Positions 43,912 through 53,372 of a stretch of 64,000 nucleotides of DNA are shown here, piece after piece. Position 1 is the stretch's first letter. Each line of letters opens with the position of its first letter. The position numbers and the translations under genes were made by a program. Location: contig CAVYWE010000006.1 in assembly GCA_963772195.1 (NCBI GenBank), forward strand, positions 39,785-103,784, written 5' to 3'. The notes beneath the pieces are model-generated. The model saw nothing but the letters and a program-made list of their open reading frames with translations, did no database searches and was not told the origin of the DNA. The DNA comes from an uncultured Acidobacteriaceae bacterium. GTDB lineage: Bacteria > Acidobacteriota > Terriglobia > Terriglobales > Acidobacteriaceae.

Positions 43912-44823
43912 TTAAGTAACTCGCCCCAATTCGCGGTCCGCGCGCTGATCGGCAAGTCGAGCAAAACGACGATCGGCGCGGAACATAACGAACATAAATG
44001 TTCCCAGAATGAGCATGGTAGCCAGCCCCGCCAGCTTCAGGATATTGCTGATGATAGCGCCGTATTTCCCAGTCCTGGGATCGTAGTGATAGCAGTAAAG
44101 AAGTACCTGGTCGCCGATGTTACCAATCCGGTTTTGCGAGGCCTGCACCAATCCCAGGCGCAGATCCTTGGGAGGGAACTCGACTCCATAAAAGTATCCC
44201 GAAATGTGGTGGTCGGGTGTGAGCATAACGATCGCGGCGGCGTGGGCGTATTGCTCAGTTTTCGGATCGAACTGATATTCGAAGCCGACCGATTTGGTGA
44301 GCGCATTGATCTGGTCAGCCTTGCCAGTGAGGAAGTGCCAACCTTGATCGGCGTTCGCGCGGCCATAGCGCTTGATGATGTCCCGCTTTTTTGCGGCAGC
44401 CATTTCCGTGGTCTCACGCGGGTCGAAGCTCACGGTGACGACGTCGAAATCCTTGCCGAGATCGAAGGTCAACGCCTTCATCGAACCGACCAAGCCTTGC
44501 AGAAGTTCGCTGCAGAGCATAGGACACTGGTAGTAACCCAGGTTCAGAATGACGGGGCGTCCGTGGCCGAAGTAGTCGGCGAGTTTGACCGGATTGCCGA
44601 GTTCGTCGCGGAATTCCAGATCGGCGGGAACTTGGGCATTGAGATGTTGCTCGATGCCGACGAATTGGAGTCCCGGGGGCCGCTGGCTGGCAGGCGGAGT
44701 CATGATGCCGCCCATCATAGGACCGCGAGCGCCCTGTGCTGAGACAAGCACCGGGGCGACCGAGAGCATGAGCAGCAAAATTGCCACGGTTGTCGAATTG
44801 GCGAAACTGCGTTTACTTCGCAC
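43912..44823 (-). CDS. SCO1/SenC-family copper chaperone
   Basis: Thioredoxin-fold CxxxC (YYQCPMLCSE) and a conserved His region. N-terminal signal/anchor plus a C-terminal TM helix. Confidence 0.85.
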   Translation of the reverse strand: MRSKRSFANSTTVAILLLMLSVAPVLVSAQGARGPMMGGIMTPPASQRPPGLQFVGIEQHLNAQVPADLEFRDELGNPVKLADYFGHGRPVILNLGYYQCPMLCSELLQGLVGSMKALTFDLGKDFDVVTVSFDPRETTEMAAAKKRDIIKRYGRANADQGWHFLTGKADQINALTKSVGFEYQFDPKTEQYAHAAAIVMLTPDHHISGYFYGVEFPPKDLRLGLVQASQNRIGNIGDQVLLYCYHYDPRTGKYGAIISNILKLAGLATMLILGTFMFVMFRADRRFARLADQRADRELGRVT

Positions 44824-45349
44824 TGCCTTTTCCCTTTCCAGCGGACTTCACGACGGCCGCTTTGCTTTCCGTCGCATTTGCATCCACGCCGCTTTGCGGA
44901 TACACGGGCAATCCGCGCTGGACGGTCAACTCCATGGCGCGCTCAATCGGAATGTGCGCCACGCCAGCTTTTTCGTCGACCCAGCCGTAGCTGTTGAGTT
45001 GGCCTTCCTGATCCATCAGGAAGTCGCGAAACTGGCCGCGCTCATTGGTTTCGAGCATGGGCGCGCCGTTTTCCTTGAACAGTTTGTCGACGTCGTCCTG
45101 CGTCATCACACGCTCCATCGCACCTGACGACGAAACCAACGGACTTGCGGTAGTCATCTGCGACCGCTCGTATTTATCGAGGAACGAATACATGCCGACG
45201 ATGATGAAATAGATGACGACGCCACTGACCACGAGCCCAATCATGAAGGCGAAGATGCCACGCGTGCCCAGGTCTTCATGTTCGAACTCGGTTTCGTGGG
45301 CGGGGTGGCCTTGATTCAAGGGACCACTGTTCATCATATCGTCACTCAT
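44813..45349 (-). CDS. hypothetical single-TM protein between ACIII and SCO genes (ActG-position)
   Basis: 178 aa. One TM helix (IFAFMIGLVVSGVVIYFIIVGMY), then a soluble domain. Overlaps the SCO start by 11 bp. No family recognised. Confidence 0.55.
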   Translation of the reverse strand: MSDDMMNSGPLNQGHPAHETEFEHEDLGTRGIFAFMIGLVVSGVVIYFIIVGMYSFLDKYERSQMTTASPLVSSSGAMERVMTQDDVDKLFKENGAPMLETNERGQFRDFLMDQEGQLNSYGWVDEKAGVAHIPIERAMELTVQRGLPVYPQSGVDANATESKAAVVKSAGKGKGSAK

Positions 45350-45355
45350 ATCTCG

Positions 45356-46564
45356 TCACTCATGCGACCGCTCCAGAAGTCTCAGCGTCTGCGGTGCGTT
45401 GACGGGCAGCAGCGGACGCGATCTCAGGTTGTAAAAGAAGTAGGCCATCCAAAGACCGCCGATGCCGGCGATGATCGTGAAATGCAGCCAGCTGAGGTGA
45501 AACGTGGGATGCGCCGACGGTTCGATATGCCAAAAGATATCGACGATGCGCATGAAGATGAGCCATGAAGCGATCCGAACCAGAGTGCGCGCTTTACGCT
45601 TCAACTGGCGCGAGAGCAACAGCGCGAACGGCACGGCGAAGTGGAACACCACAAGGAACAGCCCAACCGTCTCCCATCCGCCATGCAGGCGGCGCACGTA
45701 CCACGGAATTTCCTCGGGCAGGTTGCCGGCCCAAATAATGAGCCACTGCGAGAAATTGAAGTAAGCCCAGACCATGACAAAGGCGAGCATGAGCTTGCCG
45801 TGATCGTGGACTTCGGTATCCGTGAGGTACTCGGACATCGGCTTGCGCTTGCCGAGGATGCTCTCGATCACCACGACAAAGCAGAAGGCGGAAAGCGCTT
45901 CACCTGCGACAAAGAGCAGGCCGTAGATAGTCGAGATCCAGCGCGCTTGCAACGACATCACCCAGTCGATCACAGCGAACGAAATCGTCAGCGAGTAGAT
46001 GACAAGTCCGATGGAGCTCATGGCGCGGAAACGCAGCGTACTCTGGCCCGCAATCGAGTCCTGCTCGGTGGACCACCGATTCAGGAAGTATGCCATCCCA
46101 AACCAGATGGCGAAGTAGAGAATGTAGCGCAGCAGGATGCCGTTGAAGTTCAGGTAGCTGTGCGCGATCTCCAGTATCTTTGGGTCGGTCTTTGGATCGG
46201 CTAGTACTTCGGGGCGAGCCCAGAAATAGAGCCTGGGGAGGTGCAGCAAAATCGGGATAAAGAGGACGAACATGAGGGGCAGCGTCATCATGCCCGACTC
46301 CAGTATGCGGCGAATTACGGTGCCCCAGGCGCCGCCGACCAGGTGGTAAAGCATCAGGATGGCCATGCATCCAAGCGAAAGGCCGAGCCAGAACATGAAG
46401 CCAATGAGGTAGGCGGAATAAAAACTGCCGGGAGCAAGGAAAGCGCCGGCGACGGAAACAACGGCAGCGATCGCGCCAATGACAAGCGACCGCTGTTGGA
46501 TGGTCTGGGCCACGGGCGGCGCCATCAGGTCTGACTTATTCACCTTCACTGTGGCCGTGGTCAT
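45356..46564 (-). CDS. actF: alternative complex III subunit ActF (NrfD-like membrane subunit 2)
   Basis: Polytopic membrane protein following ActE. ATG 46564 overlaps the ActE stop (ATGA). The track ORF extension to 46735 lies inside actE and is rejected. Confidence 0.8.
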   Translation of the reverse strand: MTTATVKVNKSDLMAPPVAQTIQQRSLVIGAIAAVVSVAGAFLAPGSFYSAYLIGFMFWLGLSLGCMAILMLYHLVGGAWGTVIRRILESGMMTLPLMFVLFIPILLHLPRLYFWARPEVLADPKTDPKILEIAHSYLNFNGILLRYILYFAIWFGMAYFLNRWSTEQDSIAGQSTLRFRAMSSIGLVIYSLTISFAVIDWVMSLQARWISTIYGLLFVAGEALSAFCFVVVIESILGKRKPMSEYLTDTEVHDHGKLMLAFVMVWAYFNFSQWLIIWAGNLPEEIPWYVRRLHGGWETVGLFLVVFHFAVPFALLLSRQLKRKARTLVRIASWLIFMRIVDIFWHIEPSAHPTFHLSWLHFTIIAGIGGLWMAYFFYNLRSRPLLPVNAPQTLRLLERSHE

Positions 46565-47223
46565 TTGGGCTCCCCTCCGGCTTCGGTGGCAGGCGGCGCG
46601 ATTTCGGGCAGCGTTGCTCCATTGCCAATGTCGCGGAACTGCGGCGGGGGTGACGGAACTTTTTGTCCCGCAGGAATTTCGGCCGACGTTGCATTCTGGC
46701 TCAGTTGCAGCGCGCGGATGTAGGCGGCGATGCACCAGCGATCGCGCGGCGCGACTTGCGCGGCGTAGTCGGGCATAACGCCGAAGCCATTAGTGTCGAC
46801 GTCGAAGAGATAGCCGATCGGTGCTTTGCGCAGGCGGTCGATGTGAAACGACGGGGGCTGGCGGAAGCCTCGCGTGGGGATGAAGCCCTTGCCATCGCCA
46901 ACGCGTCCGTGGCAAGGCGTGCAAGTGATGTTGTAACGCTCGCGTCCGCGTGCAAGAACTTCGGCGGTCACCGGGAACGGCATGTAGTCGCCGGGATTGC
47001 CGCCGATTTTCCCGGTGTAGAAGTAGGTGTCCTCGCGGAGATCGCCGCGTGCGACCGTGCCCTCGACCGGCAAACGGGCAGAGCGGTCGTCAGCGAAAAA
47101 CTCGCTCTTCGCCAGCGGCCGGTAATACGGCTGGATGTGCATGTCGATCCGGCATCCCGCGGTAATGGCGATCAGCGCCAGAAGTGCGGGCAGAACTTTT
47201 CGGAGGTTTAGCGCAGTACCCAT
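46561..47223 (-). CDS. actE: alternative complex III monoheme cytochrome c ActE (lipoprotein)
   Basis: Lipobox LIAITAGC and a single CTPCH heme site, with a downstream Met (GFGVMPDY). Confidence 0.8.
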   Translation of the reverse strand: MGTALNLRKVLPALLALIAITAGCRIDMHIQPYYRPLAKSEFFADDRSARLPVEGTVARGDLREDTYFYTGKIGGNPGDYMPFPVTAEVLARGRERYNITCTPCHGRVGDGKGFIPTRGFRQPPSFHIDRLRKAPIGYLFDVDTNGFGVMPDYAAQVAPRDRWCIAAYIRALQLSQNATSAEIPAGQKVPSPPPQFRDIGNGATLPEIAPPATEAGGEPK

Positions 47224-47225
47224 GG

Positions 47226-47792
47226 CTAGCTTGGCACCTCCGCGATCATGCGTGGAGCCAGGCCCGTGAGAAACGAGCGCGTGCGGGCGGCGTCATATTT
47301 CGGGTCGCTCGAAAACACGATCAGGAAGAATTTATTGTCAGATGCTTTGGCGAACTCGGGCACGTTGAACACCGGGTGATACGGCATGGGAAGGCCGTTC
47401 AGGGCAAGCATGCCGATAACGGCGGAAAGTCCGCCGAACAGAATCGTTAGCTCGAAGGTCACGATGATAAACGATGGCCAGGAGTGAAATGGGCGTCCGC
47501 CAACATTGGTTGGATAGGTGATCGCCGCCACCCAATACTGAAGAGAATATGCCGATATCCCACCAATGAGCGCGCCAATGAGGACAACAAGGGGCACGCG
47601 GTTCTTATGAAAGCCGATGGCTTCGGCAAGGCCCTCGATCGGGAACGGGCTGTAGGCGTCGATCTTCTGGTAGCCCGCTTCGTGAGTCTTGTGAGCGGCG
47701 GCGACCAGTTCTTGCGCCGAATCGAATTCGGCCATCAAGCCGTAGATCGAAGCATCGCGGACGGGAGATTCATAGGTGGAAGAATCGCTCAT
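47226..47792 (-). CDS. actD: alternative complex III subunit ActD (DUF3341)
   Basis: IYGLMAEFDSAQELVAAAHKTHEAGYQKIDAYSPFPIEGL, then two TM helices. Overlaps the actC stop. Confidence 0.8.
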   Translation of the reverse strand: MSDSSTYESPVRDASIYGLMAEFDSAQELVAAAHKTHEAGYQKIDAYSPFPIEGLAEAIGFHKNRVPLVVLIGALIGGISAYSLQYWVAAITYPTNVGGRPFHSWPSFIIVTFELTILFGGLSAVIGMLALNGLPMPYHPVFNVPEFAKASDNKFFLIVFSSDPKYDAARTRSFLTGLAPRMIAEVPS

Positions 47793-49180
47793 TGCTTCAC
47801 CTCCGTCGCCTCATGCACCTGCGCTTCCGGCAGCAAGGTGCGCAATTCGTAGATGGAGATCATGGGCAGCACGCGTACGAATAACCACATGAAAGTCAGG
47901 AACATGCCGATGGTGCCGAAGAACGTCATCCAGTCCCACTTCGTTGGGTAGTACATGCCCCACGAAGAAGTCACGAAGTCGCGAGTCAAACTGACGATGA
48001 CGATAATGAAGCGCTCCAGCCACATTCCGACGAGCACCACGAACGAGATGAGCCAGAGCCAACCGGTGGAAACGCGGAATTTCCTCAGCCAGAGAACCTG
48101 CGGGATAAAAATGTTGGAGGCGAGCAATGCCATGTACCACCATCGATACGGGCCGTGAAGCCGGTTCCAGAGCAGGAACGAATCAAACTGGTTGCCGCTG
48201 TACCAGCCCATGAATGCTTCCATGCCATAGCCGTAAGCGACGATGAGGCCCGTGGCGAGCATGACCTTAGCCGCGTTCTCCAGGTGCCGCATGGTGATGA
48301 AGTCCTGCAGTCCGTAGATAGCGCGGATCGGAATCGCGAGGCAAAGAACCATGGCGAAACCGGAATAGATGGCGCCCGCGACAAAGTACGGGGGGAAAAT
48401 CGTGGTATGCCATCCGGGGACGAGGCTAACGGCGAAATCGAAGCTCACGACCGTGTGCACGGAGAGCACCAGCGGTGTCGCGAGTCCGGCGAGAAGCAAG
48501 TAGGCCGTCTCATAACGGTGCCAGTGCCGCGCTGAACCGCGCCATCCCATGGCGAGGAGTCCGTAAATACGCTGGAGCCAGGGATTCTCGGCGCGATCGC
48601 GCAAGGTGGCGAGATCGGGAATCAATCCCATAAACCAGAACACCAGCGAAATGGTGAGGTAGGTCGAAACCGCGAAAACGTCCCACACCAGCGGACTGCG
48701 GAAGTTCGGCCAGTAGTTCATGGTGTTCGGATACGGAAAGAGCCAGTACGCGAGCCACGGGCGTCCGGTGTGAACCAGCGGGAAGATGCCGGCGCAAGCC
48801 ACCGCAAACAGCGTCATCGCTTCGGCGAAGCGGTTGATCGAGTTGCGCCAAGTCTGGCGGAGCAGAGCTAGAATCGCCGAGATCAGCGTGCCGGCGTGGC
48901 CGATACCGATCCACCACACGAAGTTGACGATGGCGAATCCCCAACCGATGGGAATGTTGATGCCCCAGATCCCCGTACCTTTAATGAACAGATACCCGAG
49001 GGCCATCATCAGCATGTTCATCATCCCGAATACGATCAGGAAGCCGAGGATCCATCCCAGCGAGATGGGACGCTTCAGCACGATGCTGCTGATCTTGTCG
49101 GTGATGGTGGAGAAGGTGTGGCCCGGTGCCATCACCGGCACTCGCCTATCTGCCACGGGTATTGGCGTGTTGGTAGTCAT
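47789..49180 (-). CDS. actC: alternative complex III quinol-interacting subunit ActC (NrfD/PsrC family)
   Basis: 463 aa with about 10 TM helices. NrfD-type motifs (WGINIPIGWGFAIVNFVWWIGIGHAGT). Confidence 0.9.
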   Translation of the reverse strand: MTTNTPIPVADRRVPVMAPGHTFSTITDKISSIVLKRPISLGWILGFLIVFGMMNMLMMALGYLFIKGTGIWGINIPIGWGFAIVNFVWWIGIGHAGTLISAILALLRQTWRNSINRFAEAMTLFAVACAGIFPLVHTGRPWLAYWLFPYPNTMNYWPNFRSPLVWDVFAVSTYLTISLVFWFMGLIPDLATLRDRAENPWLQRIYGLLAMGWRGSARHWHRYETAYLLLAGLATPLVLSVHTVVSFDFAVSLVPGWHTTIFPPYFVAGAIYSGFAMVLCLAIPIRAIYGLQDFITMRHLENAAKVMLATGLIVAYGYGMEAFMGWYSGNQFDSFLLWNRLHGPYRWWYMALLASNIFIPQVLWLRKFRVSTGWLWLISFVVLVGMWLERFIIVIVSLTRDFVTSSWGMYYPTKWDWMTFFGTIGMFLTFMWLFVRVLPMISIYELRTLLPEAQVHEATEVKQ

Positions 49181-49198
49181 TCCTTACGTGCGCTCCAC

Positions 49199-52100
49199 TT
49201 ATGCTTTTGACTCTTCTAACTTAGTTTCTAACTCTGGGTTAGGATTCCGAACCTCCGCGAGATACGTTGTGCGCGGCCGCGTATTCAATTCACCCAGCAG
49301 GGAATAGTTTCTCGCCTGCGCTTTCCACTTATTGACTTGACTGTTCGGATCGTTGAGATTGCCAAAGACGATGGCGTTCGCCGGGCAGGACTGCTGGCAA
49401 GCCGTCTGCAGATCGCCATCTTTGATGGTGGAGTCGGCGCGCTCGGCATCAATGCGATGCTCGCTGATGCGTTGGACGCAGTAGGTGCATTTTTCCATGA
49501 CGCCGCGGCTGCGGATCGTTACATCGGGATTGCGCATGAGCTTGAACTGCGGTGTCTCCCAGTCCTGGAAAAGCAGGAAGTTAAATCGCCGCACTTTGTA
49601 CGGGCAGTTATTGGAGCAGTAACGTGTGCCGACGCAGCGGTTGTAGACCATATCGTTCAGGCCTTCACTGCTGTGGATGGTCGCCTGTACCGGACAGACC
49701 AATTCGCAGGGCGCATTCTCGCACTGCATGCAGGGCACGGGCTGGAAAAATCCTTTCGGATTGTCGCGCGGGCCGTTGTAGTAAGCGTCGACGCGGAGCC
49801 AGTGCATGTGGCGGCCTTTGAGGGTCTGTTCTTTGCCGACCACGGCAATGTTGTTTTCCGACTGGCAGGCGACGATGCAGTTATTGCATCCAACGCATGA
49901 ATTCAAATCGATCGCCATACCCCAGGAGTAAGTTTCCTTCGAATAATCGAAGGGCTTGTACAGCGTGAGATCCTGCGGAGGCTCGCCTTCCTTCGCGAAG
50001 TTCGGCTCTTTCTTGTACTCCTCAAGGCTGCGCTCCTGCACCAGCGGACGCTCGCCAACAGGAGTTTCCATCGTCTGATAGCCCTGCGTGCTGGCGAGCT
50101 GATACACATCGCCAGTAGCGCGAAGTTGCGCCCCGTCCGCAAACCACGGAGTCTGACTGGTTCGCAGCGGATAAACGTCAAAGCCCGTACCGGTGCCGAT
50201 GCGGCCGGCGCGGGTTCGCCCGTAGCCGAGGAAGACAGTGATCGAGTTGTCAGGATGGCCAGCCTGAATCCAGACTGCGCCTTTTACTTTCTTTCCGTTG
50301 AATTCGAGCTCGGCGACGTCTTTGAAATTCAGCTTCAGCCGCTCGGCCATCGCGGGACCGATCATGATCGGATTATCCCAAGTCAACTTGGTAAGCGGTT
50401 TTGGAAGTTCCTGCAACCATCCATTATTCGAGAAACGACCGTCATAGATCGAGGGATCGCGGCGGAAGTTGATCTCGTAGGCGGTGCCTGGCGCTGATTG
50501 CGATGCCGGGAAGCTAGCGGCTTTCAACGCGACACTCTTCGGCGCGTAAGCTGTGCCTGCGACCCAGCCATCGTGCAGCGACTTGCGCCAGAAAGCATCG
50601 AAGTCAGCGCCAGCGTGCTGCTTCTGCCAGTAGCCCTGAATGAGATCGTGCCCAGTAATGCCGGACTGCCCCGCGAGAATGGTGATGATCTCGTGCGCGG
50701 TCTTGCCGCCGTACAGCGGCTCGATGAGCGGCTGAATGATGCTGACCGTTCCATCGTAGGCGCGGGCATCGCTCCAGGACTCGAGATAGTGCGCTTCGGG
50801 CACGTGCCACTGGCAAAGTTCAGCCGTCTCGTTGCGATGCGAACCGAGAAACAGTTTCAGATTGACTGCATTCGATTTCAAGGCCGAAGCGAATTCGAGT
50901 TCAGCGGGCGCATCGTAAGCAGGATTTCCGCCTAGAATCAGCAGCAGGTCAACCTTGCCAGCGCGTATGTCTTCCACAAGCAAGTGCAACGACTCGTTAC
51001 GATTCACCGTGTTGGCATCGACCGGGTCGGTATAGAGGACTGTGCTTCCAACATTTCCCAGCTTCTGATTGATGGCGTGCGCGAGCGCGTGGACTACCGG
51101 AGGTTGATGATCGCCGGCGACGACAAGACTGGAACCCCGATGCGCTTGCATGTCCCGAGACACGCTGGCCACGAAATCTCTATGCTTGTCGACTTCCAGA
51201 TTGACCTTCCCTATATCAACGGACCGCTCAACGCTCTGTGGATTGCGGACGCCTGCGTCAATCCCAAACGATGCGGCAAGACTCCGAGTAAACCACTCGA
51301 CATCCGCCGCCCGCAGCGGCAGCCGATGATCGGCCTTCATTCCAGTCGACGAAGGCGTGCTCTCGACCACGTACAGCCGGTTCATGTTCGCATCAGGATT
51401 GCGCCGCGCCGCAAAATCGCGCGTGTAGCGCGCCGAGCCCGGGAATCCCGCATACAGAAAGTCGGCATCGAGCGAAACAATCACATCAGCCTTCGACAGG
51501 TCATAGCGCGTTTCGACTGGCTCGCCGAAAGCGAGCTTCGCGCCTTCGACCACATTGTCGCGGCTGATCGGCTCGTAAACGTGCCACTTGGCCTGCGGAT
51601 TCGCTTCGAGATAACTGCGAATCTGCGCCGCAAGCGCTGGCGAGGACACGGTCTGCGTCAGAATGCGGACGCCTCCGCCCGCCAAGCTCTTCTGCACATT
51701 CATGGGGCCACGGACAGATTCCATGAAACCATTCCACGAACGGGTGTCACCCATGTAAGTGATGTTCTGCGCCCGGTCGGGATCGTAGAGATCGAGAATA
51801 GAAGCCTGCGCGTAAACGTCCGTGCCGCCAAGACTGGCGGGGTGCTCCGGATTGCCTTCGACCTTCGTCGGACGGAACATATGGCTCTCGACCAGAATCG
51901 GCGACGCGTAACCGCCGAGCGTGAACGCGGTCGCGTAGAACTTGGGGCGGCCGGGAACGACGTTTTCCGGCTGCTTCACATAGGGCACGATCTCGGTGAT
52001 CGGCATCCGCGTGCAACCGGTCAACCCTGCGAGCGCCAGCGACGCGCCCATGGTCTTCAGGAAGCCGCGGCGCGAGAAATCGTCGAGCCACTCCGAAGCG

Positions 52101-52303
52101 CCTTTCGGGAACTCGCGGTGGAGCATCTCCTGAAACTCGTCGCTGCCGGCCAGTTCTTCGAGGCTGCGCCAGTACTCGGGACCAGTCGTGTCCTCGATCT
52201 GCTCCTTGACTGTCGCGAGGTCAAGCTGCTTTCGCTTGCTCGGGCAGACGTCGGCTCCAACTTTGCTTCCGGCGGGTGTCGTTTTGTGCTCGTCCATACT
52301 CAT
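49199..52303 (-). CDS. actB: alternative complex III subunit ActB (molybdopterin-oxidoreductase-like plus 4Fe-4S ferredoxin domains)
   Basis: Tat signal SRRGFLKTMGASLALAG. MopB-like body. C-terminal Fe-S clusters (CVGCNNCIVACQSEN, CMQCENAPCELVCP, CVGTRYCSNNCPY, CTYC). Confidence 0.9.
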   Translation of the reverse strand: MSMDEHKTTPAGSKVGADVCPSKRKQLDLATVKEQIEDTTGPEYWRSLEELAGSDEFQEMLHREFPKGASEWLDDFSRRGFLKTMGASLALAGLTGCTRMPITEIVPYVKQPENVVPGRPKFYATAFTLGGYASPILVESHMFRPTKVEGNPEHPASLGGTDVYAQASILDLYDPDRAQNITYMGDTRSWNGFMESVRGPMNVQKSLAGGGVRILTQTVSSPALAAQIRSYLEANPQAKWHVYEPISRDNVVEGAKLAFGEPVETRYDLSKADVIVSLDADFLYAGFPGSARYTRDFAARRNPDANMNRLYVVESTPSSTGMKADHRLPLRAADVEWFTRSLAASFGIDAGVRNPQSVERSVDIGKVNLEVDKHRDFVASVSRDMQAHRGSSLVVAGDHQPPVVHALAHAINQKLGNVGSTVLYTDPVDANTVNRNESLHLLVEDIRAGKVDLLLILGGNPAYDAPAELEFASALKSNAVNLKLFLGSHRNETAELCQWHVPEAHYLESWSDARAYDGTVSIIQPLIEPLYGGKTAHEIITILAGQSGITGHDLIQGYWQKQHAGADFDAFWRKSLHDGWVAGTAYAPKSVALKAASFPASQSAPGTAYEINFRRDPSIYDGRFSNNGWLQELPKPLTKLTWDNPIMIGPAMAERLKLNFKDVAELEFNGKKVKGAVWIQAGHPDNSITVFLGYGRTRAGRIGTGTGFDVYPLRTSQTPWFADGAQLRATGDVYQLASTQGYQTMETPVGERPLVQERSLEEYKKEPNFAKEGEPPQDLTLYKPFDYSKETYSWGMAIDLNSCVGCNNCIVACQSENNIAVVGKEQTLKGRHMHWLRVDAYYNGPRDNPKGFFQPVPCMQCENAPCELVCPVQATIHSSEGLNDMVYNRCVGTRYCSNNCPYKVRRFNFLLFQDWETPQFKLMRNPDVTIRSRGVMEKCTYCVQRISEHRIDAERADSTIKDGDLQTACQQSCPANAIVFGNLNDPNSQVNKWKAQARNYSLLGELNTRPRTTYLAEVRNPNPELETKLEESKA

Positions 52304-52364
52304 CGTCGATCTTCAGATCTCATCATCATCCCGGATCCCGGCGCATCGCGATTTCCGCCCGCCG

Positions 52365-53060
52365 TTACCGATGGCAGGTGTTGCAACTGGTGATGTCTTT
52401 CACCGAACGCACTTTGTATTCCTGTTTCAAAGCGTTCCCAAGCGTTTCCTGATCGGAGTATGCCGTTCCCTTCACAATGACGGGCTCGCCAGTGGAAGGC
52501 CGCTCATAGCGCATGTTGAAAACTTGTTCACGCGGGCGCAGATATTTCTCGGTATTGCGGTGGCAATCGAGGCAGAATTCCATCTGCAGCGACGCGTACT
52601 GATACATCAACGGCATCTGATCAACCGGACCGTGGCAGGTATTGCAGCCCACACCCTTATTAATGTGAATACTGTGATTGAAATATACGTAATTGGGCAA
52701 CTGGTTGACGCGCGTCCATTCTAGTGAGCGGCCAGTGCGGAAACTTTCGCGGACCGGCTCGAGATACGCTGCGTTGGTCCAAATCTGCGCATGGCAATTC
52801 ATGCAGGTCTTGGTGGGCGGGATGCCGGCGAAACTCGACTGTTCGACGGAGGTGTGGCAGTAGCGGCAGTCGATGCCGAGCCCGGTCACGTGGTGCTGGT
52901 GGCTGAACGGGACCGGCTGAGACTTCCTGACTCCGGCCATGGTGATGTACGGAGTGCGCTCCAGTTGCGCCAGGACCCAGAATAGCCCGCCCACGGCGAG
53001 AACCACCAGGACCAGAGAGGCCCGAGCGATGGCATTGCTGCTGCGTGGAAAGATCTGCAT
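52365..53060 (-). CDS. actA: alternative complex III pentaheme cytochrome c ActA
   Basis: N-terminal anchor and five CxxCH sites (CRYCH, CMNCH, CNTCH, CLDCH, CNTCH). Confidence 0.9.
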   Translation of the reverse strand: MQIFPRSSNAIARASLVLVVLAVGGLFWVLAQLERTPYITMAGVRKSQPVPFSHQHHVTGLGIDCRYCHTSVEQSSFAGIPPTKTCMNCHAQIWTNAAYLEPVRESFRTGRSLEWTRVNQLPNYVYFNHSIHINKGVGCNTCHGPVDQMPLMYQYASLQMEFCLDCHRNTEKYLRPREQVFNMRYERPSTGEPVIVKGTAYSDQETLGNALKQEYKVRSVKDITSCNTCHR

Positions 53061-53144
53061 TGAATGTGAAGTCTTTATATATTACGGGGTTGGCTCTCGC
53101 CGCTCCCGGCTGACCGCATTCGTATGAATTTGCGTACGTTCTAT

Positions 53145-53160
53145 TGTGACGCACGTCACT
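53145..53160. promoter_or_regulatory. CRP/FNR-family-type binding site candidate upstream of actA
   Basis: TGTGA-CGCACG-TCACT matches 9/10 positions of TGTGA-N6-TCACA. Centred about 92 nt upstream of the actA ATG, in a low-GC promoter region. Confidence 0.35.
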
Positions 53161-53372
53161 GAAACAGGTGAGTATAACAGTTGATTGGCGAAATGGGATA
53201 GGTCGCGCAGCTTTTCTTTGTGCCAACTTGAGTGCCAATTTGGGGTTTCATTTTGCAAAATTAAATCTTGAAGGAAAGCCGCAAGTATTTCGCGGCCCCC
53301 AGACCGGCCTTTTAGAATTTCAGGTTGGCGCATTGTAAATTCGTTTCTGAAAATTTAGCCGCGAACGAATCT

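Noticed and set aside
46565-46735. Upstream extension of ActF, and similar extensions of ctaE (41213..41335), cheX (14286..14504), flgF (15136..15201), flgG (15902..15961) and the secreted protein (24402..24608)
   Set aside because: The extensions overlap the preceding gene or lack similarity to the family. Better starts with an RBS or start/stop coupling exist at the coordinates reported.
53082-53333. 83-aa reverse-strand ORF in the actA upstream region
   Set aside because: It sits in low-GC promoter-like DNA, has no RBS and an implausible composition. It is more likely non-coding regulatory sequence.
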